From: Eledone cirrhosa
Lineage: Eukaryota
DNA length: 64,000 nt
Assembly: GCA_964016885.1 (NCBI GenBank)
Contig: OZ024740.1
Span: 21,762,001-21,826,000, forward strand
Reading direction: 5' to 3'
Position numbers and translations under genes: made by a program. Shown piece after piece: positions 60,951 to 64,000 of the stretch. Numbering within the stretch: the first letter of the stretch is position 1; each line of letters opens with the position of its first letter. A model generated the notes under the pieces. That model had not been told where the DNA came from. It saw nothing but the letters and a program-made list of their open reading frames with translations, and did no database searches.

Positions 60951-63900
60951 CAACATCTACACAAAGTGTATACAGTCAACATCTACACAAAGTGTATACG
61001 ATCAACATCTACACAAAGTGTATACAGTCAACATCTACACAAAGTGTATACAATCAACATCTACACAAAGTGTATACAATCAACATCTACACAAAGTGTA
61101 TACAGTCAACATCTACACGGAGTGTATACAGTCAACATCTACACAAAGTGTATACAGTCAACATCTACACAAAGTGTATACAATCAACATCTACACAAAG
61201 TGTACAGTCAACATCTACACAAAGTGTATAGTCAACATCTACACAAAGTGTACAGTCAACATCTACACAAAGTGTATACAATCAACATCTACACATCTAC
61301 ACAAAGTGTATACAATCAACATCTACACAAAGAGTATACAGTCAACATCTACACAAAGTGTATACAGACAACATCTACACAAAGTGTATACAGTCAACAT
61401 CTACACAAAGGGCATAGTCAACATCTACACAAAGTATATACAGTCAACATCTACACAAAGTGTATACAGTCAACATCTACACAAAGTGTATACAGTCAAC
61501 ATCTACACAAAGTGTATACAGTCAACATCTACACAAAGTGCACATTCAACATCTACACAAAGTGTACAGTCAACATCTACACAAAGTGTACAGTCAACAT
61601 CTACACAAAGTGTATACAGTCAACATCTACACAAAGTGTATAGTCAACATCTACACAAAGTGTACAGTCAACATCTACGCAAAGAGAATAATCAACATGT
61701 ACACAAAGTGTATATAGTTCACATCTACACAAAGTGTAGAGTCAACATCTACACAAAGTGTATAGTCAACATCTACAGAAAGTGTATACAGTCAATATCT
61801 ACACAATTTGTATAGTCAACATCTACACAAAGTGTATACAGTCAATATCTACACAAAGTATATACAGTCAATATCTACACAAAGTGTATAGTCAACATCT
61901 ACAGAAAGTGTATAGTTAACATCTACACAAAGTGTATAGTCAACATCTACACAAAGTGTATACAGTCAACATCTACACAAGTGTATACTCAACATCTACA
62001 CAAAGTGTATACAGTCAACATCTACACAAAGTGTATACAGTCAACATCTATACAAAGTGTATAGTCAACATCTAAACAAAGTGTATAGTCAACATCTACA
62101 CAAAGTGTATAGTCAACATCTACAGAAAGTATATACAGTCAATATCTACACAAAGTGTATAGTCAACATCTACAGAAAGTGTATAGTTAACATCTACACA
62201 AATTGTATAGTCAACATCTACACAAAGTGTATACAGTCAACATCTACACAAAGTGTATAGTCAACATCTACGCAAAGAGAATAATCAACATGTACACAAA
62301 GTGTATATAGTTCAAATCTACACAAAGTGTAGAGTCAACATCTACACAAAGTGTATAGTCAACATCTACACAAAGTGTATAGTCAACATCTACACAAAGT
62401 GTATAGTCAACATCTACACAAAGTGTATAGTCAACATCTACACAATGTGTATACAGTCAACATCTACACAAAGTGTATAGTCAACATCTACAGAAAGTAT
62501 ATACAGTCAATATCTACACAAAGTGTATAGTCAACATCTACACAAAGTATATACAGTCAATATCTACACAAAGTGTATAGTCAACATCTACAGAAAGTGT
62601 ATAGTTAACATCTACACAAAGTGTATAGTCAACATCTACACAAAGTGTATACAGTCAACATCTACACAAGTGTATACTCAACATCTACACAAAGTGTATA
62701 GTCAACATCTACACAAAGTGTATACAGTCAACATCTACACAAAGTGTATACAGTCAACATCTACACAAAGTGTATACAGTCAACATCTACACAAAGTGTA
62801 TACAGTCAACATCTACACAAAGTGTATACAGTCAACATCTACACAAAGTGTATACAGTCAACATCTACACAAAGTGTATACAGTCAACATCTGCACAAAG
62901 TGTATACAGTCAACATCTACACAAAGTGTATAGTCAACATCTACACAAAGTGTATAGTCAACATCTACACAAAGTGTATACAGTCAACATCTACACAAAG
63001 TGTATACAGTCAATATCTACACAAAGAGTATACAGTCAACATCTACACACAGTGTATAGTCAACATCTACACAAAGTGTATACAGTCAACATCTACACAA
63101 AGTGTATACAGTCAACATCTACACAAAGTGTATACAGTCAACATCTACACAAAGTGTATAATTCAACATCTACACAAAGTGTATAGTCAACATCTACACA
63201 AAGTGTATACAGTCAACATCTACACACAGTGTATACAGGCAACATCTACACAAAGTGTATACAGTCAACATCTACACAAAGTGTATACAGTCAACATCTA
63301 CACAAAGTGTATAGTCAACATCTACACAAAGTGTATAGTCAACATCTACACAAAGTGTATACAGTCAACATCTACACAAAGTGTATACAGTCAACATCTA
63401 CACAAAGTGTATAGTCAACATCTACACAAAGTGTATACAGTTAACATCTACACAAAGTGTATACAGTCAACATCTACACAAAGTGTATACAGTCAACATC
63501 TACACAAAGTGTATAGTCAACATCTACAGAAAGTATATACAGTCAATATCTACACAAAGTGTATAGTCAACATCTACAGAAAATGTATAGTTAACATCTA
63601 CACAAAGTGTATCGTCAAGATCTACACAAACTGTATAGTCAACATCTACACAAAGTGTATACAGTCAACATCTACACAAAGTGTATACAGTCAATATCTA
63701 CACAAAGTGTATACAGTCAATATCTACACAAAGTGTATACAGTCAACATCTACACAAAGTGTATACAGTCAATATCTACACAAAGAGTATACAGTCAACA
63801 TCTACACAAAGTGTATAGTCAACATCTACATAAAGTGTATACAGTCAACATCTACACAAAGTGTATACAGTCAACATCTACACAAAGTGTATACAGTCAA

Positions 63901-64000
63901 CATCTACACAAAGTGTATACAGTCAACATCTACACAGTGTATACAGTCAACATCTACACAAAGTGTATACAGTCAACATCTACACAAAGTGTATAGTCAA

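Larger units (their letters stand above)
1187..64000 (+). repeat. Satellite DNA array of mixed 24-bp and 26-bp monomers, consensus GTCAACATCTACACAAAGTGTATA(CA)
   Basis: Continuous head-to-tail repeat in one orientation, with no unique insertion or inversion seen. The first monomer is GCTAACATCTACACGAAGTGTATATA (1187-1212). The 26-mer is 11 A, 6 C, 3 G, 6 T (about 35% GC) with no CpG. The array runs off the right edge. Confidence 0.99.

Noticed and set aside
1256-63996. Hundreds of + strand ORFs (VYSQHLHK / VNIYTKCI / QSTSTQSV repeats) as protein-coding genes
   Set aside because: They are three-frame translations of a 24/26-bp repeat, overlap in all frames and almost all start at GTG. The 2-bp length polymorphism ignores codon phase.
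1187-64000. CRISPR array (24-26 bp, partly palindromic repeats)
   Set aside because: Repeats are directly adjacent with no unique spacers, there are no cas genes, and the flank is eukaryotic.
1187-64000. Long yeast-type telomeric repeat (minus strand CTTTGTGTAGATGTTGACT loosely resembles Candida-type 23-26 bp repeats)
   Set aside because: The TG-rich strand points toward the unique flank, opposite to telomere polarity. Kilobase block duplications of variants indicate recombination rather than telomerase templating, and the length and LINE flank do not fit.
1187-64000. Embedded unique sequence, inversion or transposon insertion inside the array
   Set aside because: None seen on reading through. 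The absence of any minus-strand or non-repeat ORF in the track is consistent with that, though a very short insertion could be missed by eye.

Overview
Eukaryotic (probably animal) DNA. About 98% of the window (1187-64000, open at the right edge) is one uninterrupted head-to-tail satellite array of roughly 2,500 monomers, estimated from length. It mixes two main forms: a 26-mer GTCAACATCTACACAAAGTGTATACA and a 24-mer GTCAACATCTACACAAAGTGTATA. Rare variant monomers act as landmarks and show nested, near-identical block duplications (about 1.7, 2.4, 2.8, 3.7, 4.1, 6.3 and 7.2 kb) and a layered history. The first 1.2 kb is the left flank. It holds TA/TG microsatellite-like DNA, a 5'-truncated, degenerate 3' end of a probable RTE-clade LINE with three C2H2 zinc fingers (two outside the supplied ORF track), a short minisatellite, a degenerate TGGTCAAAATAT repeat and a hairpin-rich junction. 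All ORFs listed inside the array are by-products of the repeat. I found no intact protein-coding gene, RNA gene or CRISPR array, and no evidence for a new gene system. The most interesting signals are structural and evolutionary. All counts were made by eye or from ORF-track offsets.
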